Shown: positions 36,641-49,415, counted from the first letter of the whole stretch. The stretch is 63,999 nt of DNA, filler included, from Rhabdomonas costata (GCA_019059605.1; 21 parts of 21 records of this genome joined end to end with filler, not necessarily neighbours in it); one strand, 5' to 3'. Translations and numbers: made by a program. Notes: generated by a model not told the origin, from the letters alone.

Positions 36641-39187
36641 TCTCGAAGTTCTTCTCCGCGAAGACGTCCACAATCTGCGCAGTGTGCGTGTGCGTGTGCG
36701 TGAGCGTGTGCGTGTGCGTGTGCGTGTGCGTGTGCGTGTGCGTGTGCGTGTGCGTGTGCGTGTGCGTGTCATTTTGTGGTGATTTGAGCCATTCCCGTTT
36801 CCTTCGCAAAGTCAGCGCGATCCCGTGCATTTGCCATCTCTCTCTTTCCTTCTTCCCACTTCCTTCTTTTGGAGTAAGGAATCAGGCAGCCACAGAAAAC
36901 GCAAAATGCAGTTGTCCAATGTTCATCCGATAGCGGCAAAAGAAGAGAGCAGCAAAGTTGGAGGGGGGCCATATTATATTAGGGGCGTGCTCAATGGTAT
37001 ATACCACCATCTTTATTCTCTTCGAATCAGTGCCGGGCCAGTCTTCCAAAACCGATGCTTTCCCCGTGCAAATTGATTTTCTTGCACATTTCCAAGTGCC
37101 TGCTCCATAATAGGCAGCAATTGGGGGCACGGCGTGCTGGCTGATTCAGAGCTGCTTTGGTCCTTTGAAGGTCCTTTGTTCTCTGTGTCCCCCCCCCACC
37201 GCTGGCAAAATGAATGAGACCTGGCAGCCCGTCTCCACATCAAACTGCGCCAAGCTGTCCAGAATGGCGCCCGCAATATCCTCGCGCCGCAGCCTCCCGC
37301 TGGCGAAGAGCATCTCCAACTTCGATCGAACCACGGGGTGCATGTTGGCCCCACCTTCCAGGGAGCCAAAGTTGCCAGCCTGAGCGGATGATGATGATGA
37401 TTTAATGACCGGATGTGTGAAGAGAGATTGACCCCCTTGCAGTTGGAGACGGGTGGAAAAGCTATCCGAATGCATGCCGAAGAAAACCAGAGTGGGGGTT
37501 TTGGCGTGGTGCAGGTATTTGCTGCGTTGGGTTGCTACCATTTACTGGGACAGATTTCTTTGTGAAGTTTATCCTTGCTTTCACAGCCAATGGAAAGGAG
37601 TCAAGACGCAACCTGAGCACAAACGGTTTGGGAACTCGAAAAGCGTTCATATGTGCAGACCAGTGAGTGTAATAGTGTGTCCACGACATGTCGGTGATCG
37701 CAGGAACTGAGAAATATGGCCAGACCCTCTCACCGATCCTCCACGCGAAGCGCTCAGCATTCCATGCATGTGGGTGCGCGCGGTCCGGAGAAGGAGCAAG
37801 TAGCAAGTAGAGGTAATTGGGGAGGGGCGGCTGACATCCGTCTGTGCACTGAGATATGTGCTCCCCCAACACAATTCGCAGAGTCCGGAGCGAAATTAAT
37901 TGCGGAGAGGTAGTTTCTGGAAAACTTAGTCCGAAAATTCCAAGCGTACAAAAAAGAACACTACAACACTACAAAGAGCAATACAACAACGCCGACATCG
38001 GGGGGGGGGGGCGGTGTTACCGCCACCGGGTCAGCGCCCGGGACGCCCTCTGTGGTGGCGCGCTGGCGGCTGCGAGCAATGATGCCTTTGAGGAACGCCG
38101 ATTTGTTGTGGATCGTGGTCTTGGTGGTGTTGACGAGGTAGTCGAGGCAGGACACTGCCTGGGAGGCCGGCAGGCCCTCCAGCTCCTGCACCACCCGCGC
38201 GTCGATCTCACCGGGCTGCAGCCGCCCTGACAGGTGAGAGAAGAGAGAGATGATGCGCCGTTGGCCCCAATGACACGGAGAGTTCACATGGAAAGTTCAG
38301 CGTTGGCCGTCAGCACTGAAGCAGCACGACAGGAGGGCTAAGCTGAAGCAGGTCTTGGGTCTTTTGTATGTACCGCAGGCCTCCCGAACCGCTGCGTGGC
38401 CGGTCCTCTAGGTCAGAATTTTCTTACGTACATCTCCCCCTCGGCCGGAAGTGTAGCCTCTTCGCCGCAGTTTGCTATTCCATTTGTGTTGTTTCTTGCC
38501 CCACGCATGGGAGGGTGACGAAAGCGCCTACAACGCATCGCCTAAAGCCCACATCACTGTATCATTTGTATCATTCTTGGGCAGGGGAAGGGGGGTCAGG
38601 GTCGTGCCGGCGGCAGCCCATCAATGCCCTCACCTCATCCACACCCGCAAAATGCTGGGGTCCTCAAGAAAAGGGTGTGCTGTATGACCCCGCCAGGACT
38701 CAGCTGATAGTTGTATTACCGAGATGCGGATGGGGTCACAAAGAAGCGCGCTTCACTTCCATAACCAAGATAACCAAGGATCACAGACCTGGCACCTGCT
38801 ATGTGACGAACCAAAGCCATCTTTGAGGGCGCGTGTGGTGGTTGATTAAGATCCATCACTGAAAGCTGCAAGAAGAACCGCTTCTTTCTCAAAGCCGGTG
38901 AGCGTGCGCTCGCTTCATAACGGGTGGAAGGGAGGAAAGCAAGCTCAAGGTGGTTGCCCATGCCAAAAGACAACTACACTAACGAACGGGTTCTTTCTCA
39001 AAGCCGATAAGGGCGCGACGGGTGATAATTCATGTTCGAAGACATCCAGAACCATCTCCCACAGGAGAAAAAAAGCGAAGGAACCTAGCCCATAGAGCTC
39101 CTGCAGCTTGGCCTGCACAGCAAGGGCGCTGTCCATCTTAGCCGCCTTGGGAAGCGGGTAGTCTTCCGGGGCCCCTGCCCGTTTCAT
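36641..39187 (-). CDS. Protein with tandem hnRNP-Q acidic-domain-like repeats (3' truncated)
   Basis: Exons 39187-39085, 38226-about 38021, 37379-37221 and 36674-36641. They encode GRLQPGEIDARVVQELEGLP...IHNKSAFLKGII (NKSAFL signature) and a second repeat KLEMLFASGRLRREDIAGAILDSL...IVDVFAEKNF. Confidence 0.7.
36682..36769. repeat. (GCGTGT)n microsatellite
   Basis: Near-perfect hexamer run inside an intron. Confidence 0.95.
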
Positions 39188-39753
39188 TTAGCGGCGCAAA
39201 AGCCGCAGCAATAAAAAAGGAGGAGAGCAGAGAGAGAGAGAGAGAGAGAGGCGGCAGAGAAGACTGCCCTCGACAGATCCCTCGACAGATTATCCTCTCT
39301 CGACCCCTCCCAAGCCCAAAAATCAAAAACGAGAAAGCGCCCCGGTGCACACACTCAACAACACAGTCTTGCCTTCACAAAATGGCAAAGAGCAGTTGCA
39401 TGCGCGGACGAGGGCGGCAGTCAGTCCCTGTGTGTATGTGTTTGTGTTGGGCGCATTGCGCGCTGGCTGTTGCCTGGTTGACTGGTTCCTTGGTTGTTGG
39501 TGGCCACTGCGGACTCACGGGCGCACGCGATGTTAGCCACGGGTGTTCGCGAGAGGTGCCGTTGGAGCGAACGGTTCCGGTTCCCCACGGCACCGTTCGC
39601 TCCAACAACACCNNNNNNNNNNNNNNNNNNNNNNNNNNNNNNNNNNNNNNNNNNNNTTAATTAATTAANNNNNNNNNNNNNNNNNNNNNNNNNNNNNNNN
39701 NNNNNNNNNNNNGTTGTTGGGGAATTTCTCCTCACCTTTCTCTTCTGCAACAG

Positions 39754-40953
39754 GGGCTTCATCTCCTCCGCAACGAGATGAGGACGAGTCTGATTCCCCA
39801 GCTGAGGTATGAACTTCTTATTTTTTTTGAGCCGCTTTTCATTCTAATTCGACCCCCCCCAGTGAGTGTTTTTGTTGTCGGATTTTGCTTTCGGGGCCGT
39901 GTCCGCATGCGAGTTGGTCTCTGGGCAATGCATTTCGAACGTACACCTCGTACAAATCTGGTCCTAACCTCCCCACGCACTGACCAAAACTCTTTTCAGC
40001 GCAACTCACAGTGTCCGCCGAGAACCGGGGGATGGCAGGGGATCCCATTTATGGAGGAAGGGTTGACCCCGCCGCAAGACGCCCTCGGCCTTTCCCCTGC
40101 TCGCCGGCAGCAGCCCCGCTCAGGTCGACGGCGTTGGACCGCTGAGGAGGACAACGCGCTGTGCAAAGGCGTGTGCAGGTGCGGCTTCCCACTGGCCATC
40201 CCGTTTATATTTCTTTTTTTCTTCTGGGGCCTCTAGGAAATCCAATCCAGGTGAGCAGTCGTGATCGACTCAGTAGTAATGCAACTCATAGGAAGGAACC
40301 GTTTGTTTAGGTGTGAGAAAGTGAGAAGGAGTTGACTATCGTGCCACCCGTCCTCAATTCATCTTTACATCAACTCGTCTTGCACAGGTCAAATCAAAAG
40401 GGAGAGATTAACAACCCACCCGTGCCCAGTCTCCTCACATGCTTGATGAGCTGGGTTCATCATATAGGAAGGCTTGCTCCATTCAGACTTGCTGACAATA
40501 AGATCCGAACTGGAAACCCCAGGCATCGTGTTCCCGCATATAGTGGTACTAACGACAACTCGGTAAAATAATGGGGTGCACGCGCATGCAACGCTCCAAA
40601 TTCCCTCTCTGAGTGTTTTTCGCCTGTGTCTGTTCTTTGATCTTGGGCCTGAATGAAGGAGTTGTCTCCCTGTACCCGTCACACCTTTTCGGTGTAGTAC
40701 GTGGCCCCCTTTGTGCGACGAACTTCCTAGGTTTGGCTTTGGAAGGTGGAGGCAAATCTTGTCCTGCTTCCACCGGGAGCTGCGAGGCCGTGACAACATC
40801 GCCCTGAAGGACCGCTTCCGTGTTCTGACTGAGGTGCACCACTGGAGGGGCCTCCGGGATGTCGCGCAGTACGTGCGGCTTAGGAACCCCGAGGATGTGA
40901 TTCGCTCTGTGGTCCCGCCGCTTTGGTGGTGGGCGCCACCCGAGTCGGAATAG
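39754..40953 (+). CDS. Myb/SANT telobox-type (TRF-like) domain protein, 3' exons
   Basis: Exons 39754-39806, 40001-40178 and 40731-40953 are in phase. They encode RRRWTAEEDNALCKGVCRFGFGRWRQIL...RDNIALKDRFRVL, a telobox-like LKDxxR motif. Confidence 0.8.
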
Positions 40954-41738
40954 GCCTCTGAAGCCCGGGCAGTGCCGCCTCGAGCGGGATCGGAATCCAG
41001 AGCTTGCAGGGGGGAGTTTTCGCCCGGGTTGTGTACAACAGTAGTGTACTTGAGCGGGACTCGTTTCTGGTCCCCAATCGTGTTTTGGGCTTTTGGGCGT
41101 ACTGTGGAAGAATTTTTATCTGTGTGCCATTGAGCAGCGGAATAATTCAATGCACCATTTCACGATGGCCTCAGAATCCAAGAATTCACGTAAGATGATG
41201 CCCCAACTCGAGGTCGTACCAAATCGCCCTGTACTTTCAACTTCCAACTCCTTACCCAATAGCAACCGCTCTGTCCTGTCCTAAATCGCAGGAACCCCCC
41301 CCCCCCAGTGCAGACGCAGAATTAGATGTTGAGGAGAGGGAGTGCGGAGTCGGGCTCTGCGACCGCCAATCAAAAGGGCACATTCCACGTTTCGTCTCTC
41401 ACCCACCCGCAACAGGCTTCTTGCGAAATGACCACTATTCCTAGGATTTCATATAGATTGTTATTTTTTTGTCTTTTCTTCTTGTGACGATTGTGTTCGG
41501 CCCACTCCTACTCTTTCATAAGCAACTCGAGCAGCCACAACGTAAAATTCCAAAAAAAAAAAAGGTTATGTCTCTGTCGACGTCGAAACCTGAAGTTTGT
41601 AAGCCTACGGATTTACTGGGTGCAGGCTCGCGGTGAAGTTTAATTGCCCACCTGTCTCTGTCACTATAAGTGCTGCAGTACTCCTTTTACACCGCTTTCT
41701 TTGCAAGAGAAAAAGCCGCCCCTGTGCTAAAAGAATCA

Positions 41739-41820
41739 ATGACTCGCGGAGACCAGCGTGAGCGCGCTCGCGAGAAGACCCTGAAGAAGCAACAGGAGGA
41801 CGCCAAGCACCAGTCGAAAG
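41739..41820 (+). CDS. SERF: SERF/4F5 family small EDRK-rich protein, exon 1
   Basis: MTRGDQRERAREKTLKKQQE matches the 4F5 N-terminus (MTRGNQRExxR). GT donor at 41821. Downstream exons are uncertain (candidate from 42169). Confidence 0.75.
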
Positions 41821-42816
41821 GTGCCCACGCGGGGTGGGGGCCCTCACATGTTGTCATTGTCCCTCCATTGGTTCATCTGTCGACTGTTGCACGAGTATAT
41901 TTTCGAAAGCTGTTGCGCAGCAAAATGATGGACACTGGCTGGACATGAAAATCCACAACAACCACTGGCAACCGATCGAGATCCACCAGGATGACCTCAT
42001 TTTTAACGTGATTATTCTTTTCTAGCCTAATGCTCTCATTCCTTTTCTACCGTGCCAGTGATTACGGTTATTGCAGTGTACCATAATATTTTAAAGACAG
42101 AGTCAATAATTGCCTGTACTGTACTGTTAGGAGGGCACAGCTTCCAATGCTTTTTCAGTGTTTCCCAGATGTGCAGGCTGCAAGAGGCATTGCACAAGCA
42201 CAGCACGGACTCTCAGGGCGAGACACAAAGTCCTCAGCAAAGCAAGAAGAAGCTCTCTATGTCTCCATCGCTTTTCTGTCTTTTATTTTCTTTCGCTCTT
42301 GGGGAGAGCAAGGGCTGCACAAAATGGATCCTTGTGGGCCAAGTGAGAGCACTGTTTGTAGGTTGTAAAGCGGCGAGGGAGCGCAGGGACGGGGCGGGAG
42401 AGAGGCAGTACGAAGAAGTACAGCTCATACGCGAGGGGTAAGAAACTAAAAACATAAGGGAGACTATCTGTGACCGAGGCAGGCCACACACACCTGCGAG
42501 GAGTCCCACGAATCTGGGAGCGCATCATTATGTTGCATCCAGGCAAAAAGAAGGGGTGAGTGGGGGCTGGGACCACCCAAGGAAGCAAGAAAAAGGCAAA
42601 GGGGTTCCGCAGGCGTGGCTCCGCTCCCTGCTTGGCACCAGACTTTCAAAAACACACGGGAGCGNNNNNNNNNNNNNNNNNNNNNNNNNNNNNNNNNNNN
42701 NNNNNNNNTTAATTAATTAANNNNNNNNNNNNNNNNNNNNNNNNNNNNNNNNNNNNNNNNNNNNTGTTGTGGGTATATGCAGGGTCGGTATGTGTGTTTG
42801 GGGGGGTTCTTCGCAG

Positions 42817-43718
42817 CTATCCTGGCAGCTACAACAAGGGAACGGTGATTGAGGGCATCGCCGAAGCCGAGAAGACCGGCGCAGTGGTCTTCCATGCGGG
42901 AACCTCCCTCCAGAATGGCAAGGTGGTAGCCACCGGCGGCCGAGTCCTTGGCGTCACCGCCTCGGTGTGTGTGAGTGTTTGTGATGCACCGTATGTGTGT
43001 AACCTTTTCTTAACCGTCAGCTAAAGTTTTAAAGCTTTGGTCAACCTGAACCGCCTGCGGCTGTCTATGACGGGCGTCCCGGATAATACGATAGAAAATC
43101 CACCTACACACCCTGCTTCGTGTTATCCCGAAAAAATTGCTTCTTTTTGAACTTGTTCCAGTTCCAAATCACCCAGCTGAATGTGCATTTTGGAACCCTC
43201 CCTTCCACGCACAGAAACCGCATTACCGCATAACGTAAACCCGGGAATCGTATCAGGTTCATCTCCCCAATAAAATGCCCGCAAAGAACCCAAAACCCCA
43301 TCACCGTTTTAACGAGTGACACTACAGCCTACCTCTGCTGAACAGTAATGTCAGGAGCGGAAGCCACCTCAGGGGATAACCTGAAGCATTGCTTTAGCCC
43401 TCTTCCCATCCAATAAGCCCAACAAGGGTCATCAGGCATCACTCTTCTTCTGATGGAAGGAGCTAGCGGGGGGGGGGTCCTAAAAATTGAAACGCATCCC
43501 CAAAGGGCTCCTCCGTCGCTGAGGCCCAGCGCCGAGCCTACATTGCCGTGGACCGGCTGCGGTGGCCTGAGGGGTTCTGCCGCCGCGACATTGGGTTCCG
43601 TGCAGTCACCGTGGAGCGCAGAAAGGCCGCGACGGCCGCGGCGTGGTGGACCCTCTCTGCGTTGGCGGTGGCCGCTGTGGTCGGGGGGGTGGTTGTGCGG
43701 CTGTCGTTGCGTAAGTGA
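42817..43718 (+). CDS. purD: Phosphoribosylamine-glycine ligase (GARS) C-domain, last two exons, with hydrophobic C-terminal extension
   Basis: Exon 42817-42964 encodes YPGSYNKGTVI...VFHAGT...VVATGGRVLGVTAS. Exon 43506-43718 encodes GSSVAEAQRRAYIAVDRLRWPEGFCRRDIGFRA...stop. The join is phase 0. Confidence 0.93.
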
Positions 43719-44869
43719 GGCCGCACACCCCTAAAGAGAGAAAGAAAGAGAGAACGTGTCTCAGTGCCAGTGATGAGAGGAAAATAGATGGCCTTCCATG
43801 TATTTCGGTTTGCAGACCTATGGTTATCTCCCACATACACACGTAACACATAACCACACACTGTTTAGCACTACCACTGACGGAGAGCCCGCCGCTCCCC
43901 TTTGCCAGAACGGTCCAGGAGTGGTGGGGCGCAATCCTTGAGAGGGAAGAAGTGCTCTTCTGCGCCCTTGGAGGGCCGATGTTCTTTTCCGCGAATTCGT
44001 CTGACACGATGCCGATGTATTGCTCAGTGGTGCTGGTTTGTGGTGAAAATGGCGAAGGAATATTAGTCCAATGAAGACAACGATATGGGTACAAAGGTTC
44101 AGGAGCGATATTTTATTGGGAACCTGCAAATGCTGCGTAGTACTGAAGGCATAAGAGGCATCGACGGTATCGGTAATCGGCTTTCTGCGGTTACGCATCT
44201 AATTAAGGTTGGGGTGGGTGTCGATTACCTGGTAATAAAAAACTGACACTGACTTAAAACGTTAACGCTAAACTACAGTACTTTTTGGAAGGACAATGAA
44301 ATTGTAGTCCGCTGTTCTCGGTTTTGTGAACCGCAATCTTGCTGGTATGGCTTTTACTGACTGCTTCTTTGCTATAAAGGCAACGTCCCGCCAGTGCTTT
44401 TTGCCATGCAGATGCTTTCGTGGGTTTTGGTGTATGACGCTGTCGGTATCAACCTGTCTCTAAATTGGCACGTGCTGTGTTCCACAGGTGGTAGGGTTGG
44501 GGAGGGGATCTGTAACTCGTTCGGAGTTAGGTGTCATCAGAATTGTTTTAGGTAATTTTCCATTCAGGCAAGTTTATTTGTGGGACGAAAACGACCAGGA
44601 CCTGGTTACTCTGGAACGCAGTGCATACATGAGTGGAGAGAATACTTTTTGGTTGCACTTCACGGGTGGAGTGATCTGCTAACCCCACCTCTATTGCCCG
44701 AGATTTGAGTTATTGGACATGGCAGTGGCTTCGCTGTTGGTCCTTCTCCCTTACCTGCGCACCCAATCCTTTTGTTTTGCAGCTGGTGGCGCTGCCCCCT
44801 ACGGGCATCCCGGTTTCTGTTAAGTCCTTTTGCCTTTCTGTCTTCTTCACACCTTGCGCAGTTTGGAAT

Positions 44870-45577
44870 ATGGCAGAGAGTAAGTCCGTAACTCCCGAGG
44901 ATGTGGGTGTGCTTTGCGTTATATTTTCCTCGGTGCACTGTGTCGTATCTCACACATTCGATTTAGTCGCAAAATGATAACACCATTGGTTGGAGCCAAT
45001 GGCTCCTCTTGGAGTGCTCTTGATCACCCTTTGTGAGGCGTTTAACACGCTGAGAATCTCGGAATTGCCGCATCCTGTCACACCCACTGATCCGCAGTCA
45101 ACCGCCCATTTTCAGCGTTGCAGCGGGAAGGCTGCTATAATTGCAAGCGGACAAGGAAAATCAAAAACCACACCTTGCGATAGCCTCTGAGACAGGTATA
45201 GCGTAGGTTCGGTTTCTGTTGTGCAGGCAACCGTAGGAAATGAGGGAAAACAAGGGAAAACAGCCAACAGGGACGCACTCTCGGGCTGAGGGACTGAGGG
45301 ACTGAGGGACCACGTAGGAGAGAGGGGCTTCGCTCCAGCAGTGAACAACTGCACCTGTGCACACACACACACACACGTGGAAAACATCTCAGGTCGAGCG
45401 GGTTGGACCATCCTGCACACGATGGCCGTCGCTTTTCCTGAGAACCCCACCGCGGAGGACCAGCAGCACATGGGTGAGCTGCTGCGGGGGTGGTCCCACG
45501 TTTATCCCTGCCCACATTGCTCCGCCCACATGAGGGACTGCATGGAGGAGGAGCCCCCTGCGCTGCACTCCAGAAAG
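44870..45577 (+). CDS. ERV1: Erv1/ALR family FAD-linked sulfhydryl oxidase (5' exons)
   Basis: Exon 44870-44906 (MAESKSVTPEDVG) joins exon 45393-45577 (GRAGWTILHTMAVAFPENPT...YPCPHCSAHM), giving the GRxxWxxLH and YPCxxC signatures. Confidence 0.9.
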
Positions 45578-46232
45578 GTTTTTTGGTTCTTTTTCTCTCA
45601 CCGTACGTGGCGATCTGGCAACGTGCTGAATTTTGTTTCTGTTTTTCATGTCCCGAGTTTGTTTGTTTGTTTACCTGAGGCGTAAAGGTTAATGCATAGA
45701 CACCAACANNNNNNNNNNNNNNNNNNNNNNNNNNNNNNNNNNNNNNNNNNNNTTAATTAATTAANNNNNNNNNNNNNNNNNNNNNNNNNNNNNNNNNNNN
45801 NNNNNNNNGTTGGTGGTGCTGTTTGCCCGCCTTCGCGCGCGCGCGAAGGCGGGCAAACAGCACCACTTGGTCCAGAGATAGATAACGTCTGTGCAAACTG
45901 GGTTCGGGGCGTTTATTTAAGTCCTCTGAAATGCAGAAAATTTGAAAGCTTAACCAATACTCAAGGATGGGTTCGGCGAAAAAAACTGCTAACGGAGAGG
46001 TGAGATTTGGATATTCCCCACTCGGCTAAGTAGCTCATTCAGGTAAGCCAGGCAGTCGGTCGCATCGCAAACCACCAGGAAGAAAAGCAGCGTAGACAAT
46101 GCAGAGACGCCAGCAATCAAAAGGGTTCGAATTGAAACGAAAGCCTTTTTCGGATCCCATTCCCCCTTCCCCTTTCCCATATGCCCTTACCGTAAAGCAC
46201 TTACGGAACTCAGAACGGTCATGGCCAACATA

Positions 46233-47680
46233 TCAGAAAATGGTGCGACCATTCATGGCAAACTCCTTGCCGTCGGCATTTCTGCGTGAGGGTGAAAGCG
46301 TAACCCAGAAAATGTAGCATCAAAATCAGACCACTTCCGAACCGCGTTAAGCAGCCCCCCTCCCAAAAAAAAACCGTGACTAAAGCCGTAGCCAAAAAAC
46401 CGAGACACCGTGTTCCAAATGAAGGGTATTTCCTTCAGGAAGGTCTTATTCCCCATTCAACAAAGGACTAGAAAGGACACAAGGACAACTATGATCTCAG
46501 TCAAGACAATCCAACTCAATTCTTTTTTGCATCTTCAAACAGTCCAAGTGTATTGCACTGCAATTCTCAAGACATAAATAGGAGGGGGGCGGGGGAACGC
46601 GCGTCCACGGCACACTCCTGAAGGTCATGACCACCTTGTCCGCGGAGACGTTGAACTCCTTGGTGAGGCCCTTGCAAACCTCGTCGCACAGGGGCCCCAG
46701 AGTCCCCCCAATGCTCTCGACCGTCACCACCACACTAGCCTTGTTCTTGTTCACTGTGATACACTCAGACTTAACCACATTGACCGTGATGTACCTGAGT
46801 ATAAGTGGAGCCACATCAGAAGAAGAGGTACAAGAAAAGTACGGAAGTGTAAGAAAACCGGCCGAAAAGAAGGGGGGGCTATCTGGTAATCAACGCCAAC
46901 AACAAAGAGGTTTCACCAGAAATTCGGAATCGGAGGTCAAGAGCTCACTGCAGAAGAGATGTATTATGGGTTGTGGGAGAGCAGTGGTCAACCGCCAAAG
47001 TTTCCGTTTCCATGACCATGACATTTGTCAGCAACAGCAAGAACGGAACCGCTGGCGAAACACCATATGAATCTTTTGAAACAAGTGCACATGCGCTGTC
47101 AAAGCAAAGGGTACTGCCGCGGAGGTGGCAGCACGCCAGGACAGAACAAGAGAGCACACATGTCGGGCTTCCCAAGCTTGCTCTTGATCGCGTTGTGCAC
47201 AATCTCAGCAGCCTTCTGCGGGTTCTTCAGCACTACAAGAAAAAGGTCCCTCAGAAAAGGGGTAGCACTTCAGGGCACCTCATTGCAAGCTGATGCAGCC
47301 ACCGCACAAAGAAGCAGGGGCCCAAGTGACCACGGGTGCGGGGGAAGGCGTAGTTCTTTTAAAGCGCACATGGACCAGCCTATGCCGTTGCTTCAACCTC
47401 AATGGTAATATGCTCGGTACAATTTATGTGAGGTACTTTGGAATGCAGGGAGTGGAGCGTCTCAATGCACAGATGGGTAACTTTGGATAATATGAGGCAC
47501 CAAGGTCAGCGCCTGGGCACCTGTGGAGGGGAGGTCACCTATGGGGGGAGGGGGATACTTCCGCCATCGCCAATAGCTACGTGGCTTCCACAAAAGCTAT
47601 AATGTGAACATGAGTTGTTAGAGCAGGAAGAAGGAAGAGGTACCTTCCGGGTGGTTGGTCATCAGCGTGGCCAGCGGCAT
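46233..47680 (-). CDS. MIF: Macrophage migration inhibitory factor / tautomerase family protein (complete, 4 exons)
   Basis: Exons 47680-47644 (MPLATLMTN, catalytic Pro-1), 47232-47160 (...LGKPDM), 46794-about 46610 (YITV...SIGG...DKVVMTF) and a last exon ending EFAMNGRTIF-stop at 46233. The last junction is ambiguous. Confidence 0.88.
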
Positions 47681-48180
47681 TGTTTCAGATTGTCTTTTGA
47701 AGACGAAAAAGCAATGGGCTGCGAGCAAAGAATTCGAATATCTCAGCATTCGTTTTCGGTTGAAACTCTACCATTATGCCGATTATAGTACACTGGGAAG
47801 GGAGGGGGCAATCCAAACCATTACGGACCCAGAACATATATCGTTTCCGGAAAATAAGATCGACTTAAGGCTTCCGTGACAACAAACAGCGCCCAGTTTG
47901 TTTTTATTCAGCTGATGGCCTCGTCGCCCCTATTGTTCTCTGACCATACTAACCGCTTTCTCAGCCTAGTGATTTACGATCCTGCGTACGACGTGATTTG
48001 ATCAGATTTCGATTTTGGAGAATCCAAAGACAAGGGAAGACAGCGTAATCGACACTACCGTGACACGTGGGGAGCAAACAGGCACATGACACAAAAATGC
48101 ATGCAAACAGAGACCTACAACACAAAAGAAAGGCAGTTGTGCTTCCCCTTTCTCTCCCCCTTTCTTGTGCGCGGGTCGCT

Positions 48181-48480
48181 TCACTCCTCGCATTGTTCGG
48201 CAGGAGGCGATGCACGGCCGGTGGAGTGTAGCCCCAGCCGATCCCCAGGCGCACAGTGCCGCACACAGAGCTGAAATTCAGGCGGAAGGTCCAAGCCACC
48301 ACCGCTGCCCGCCAGTGGTTGCCGGGGTAGTCCTGAAAATGCCGGCCCCAGGGAGGCCCCGTTCCAAGAGTAGCTAAGCACACCAGCCTGGAGGTCCAGC
48401 CGTACCCCCACCTTAGTGCCTCGCTCGCACCGCCGGGGCGCGGAGTAGTGGGGCTCGGAATGGCGCTGGAACAACGACGC
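48181..48480 (-). CDS. SPRY/B30.2 domain protein, last exon
   Basis: CAG acceptor, then GTKVGVRLDLQAGVLSYSWNGASLGPAFSGLP, the SPRY G.xVGVxLD...GxLxFxxNG..LGxAF motif. Confidence 0.75.
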   Translation of the reverse strand, partial: ASLFQRHSEPHYSAPRRCERGTKVGVRLDLQAGVLSYSWNGASLGPAFSGLPRQPLAGSGGGLDLPPEFQLCVRHCAPGDRLGLHSTGRASPPAEQCEE

Positions 48481-49415
48481 CTGTGGGAGAGAACCAACAG
48501 GGAACTACTAGCTTTTTTGCGTGGGTCCGTTAAAATCGTTTAACAGTATTATACGCTTTGGGATTTTGCGGACCGATTAGGAGAACATTATGTTAGGGGC
48601 GCAGGCCAGCGCAGGGGCAGGCCGCGGAAGCCAGCCCGCTCTGGGATAAAACCCGCACCCAAAAACCGGCAACCCACAAAAATCAGTCAGCTAAAAACAC
48701 CCACAGGCGCATTTCATTCAAAAATGGGGGTGAAAGTCGAAATTCCCCCCCCACCCCNNNNNNNNNNNNNNNNNNNNNNNNNNNNNNNNNNNNNNNNNNN
48801 NTTAATTAATTAANNNNNNNNNNNNNNNNNNNNNNNNNNNNNNNNNNNNNNNNNNNNGTGGTGGGTGTGTTTGGTTGGGGTGGTCCTTTTTCCTCGTTCC
48901 CGTGCTCTGGGTTGGTGTTTTCTCTCCCTCCATTGCGCAAAGGGCACTGTCGATCCCGGTAGGATTCGTTAATGGACGTCTCTTTTGGAATCAGTTTCCA
49001 AGTCGTTTCCCGCTTCCCCCGTTTCTCGCTTCCCGGAGTCGTAACCTTTCTTACCCCTTCGCAGAGAGTCAGACAATCGCTCTGTGAGCAAGCTGTAAAG
49101 CTGGCGGCCACGGCTACTCTCTGATAGACACATAACCGTGAGTTTTTGCATACGCTTTGCCTCTCACGCCGCGACTTTTTTTTTGTCCTGGTTACACCTT
49201 CCCGCACTTATCCCTGTCTTTTTTGTCGCTTACCCGCTGAGCTGAACAAACCCCTGTACACTGTTGCCAGAGTTCTTAGACTTATGAAAAAATGACCTTG
49301 AGGTTAAGGCGATTGGGGGGAAATCAGCTTCATCCTCGAGTGGGGACCCCCGACTTGTTCTCCTTGCTTTTTCGTTGCATTCAGCTGTGTCTGGGATGTT
49401 GTGGGGGTTGCGCAG

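Noticed and set aside
45813-45866. Perfect 54-bp palindrome
   Set aside because: It sits at the very start of a contig with no loop; most likely a self-priming fold-back from amplification.
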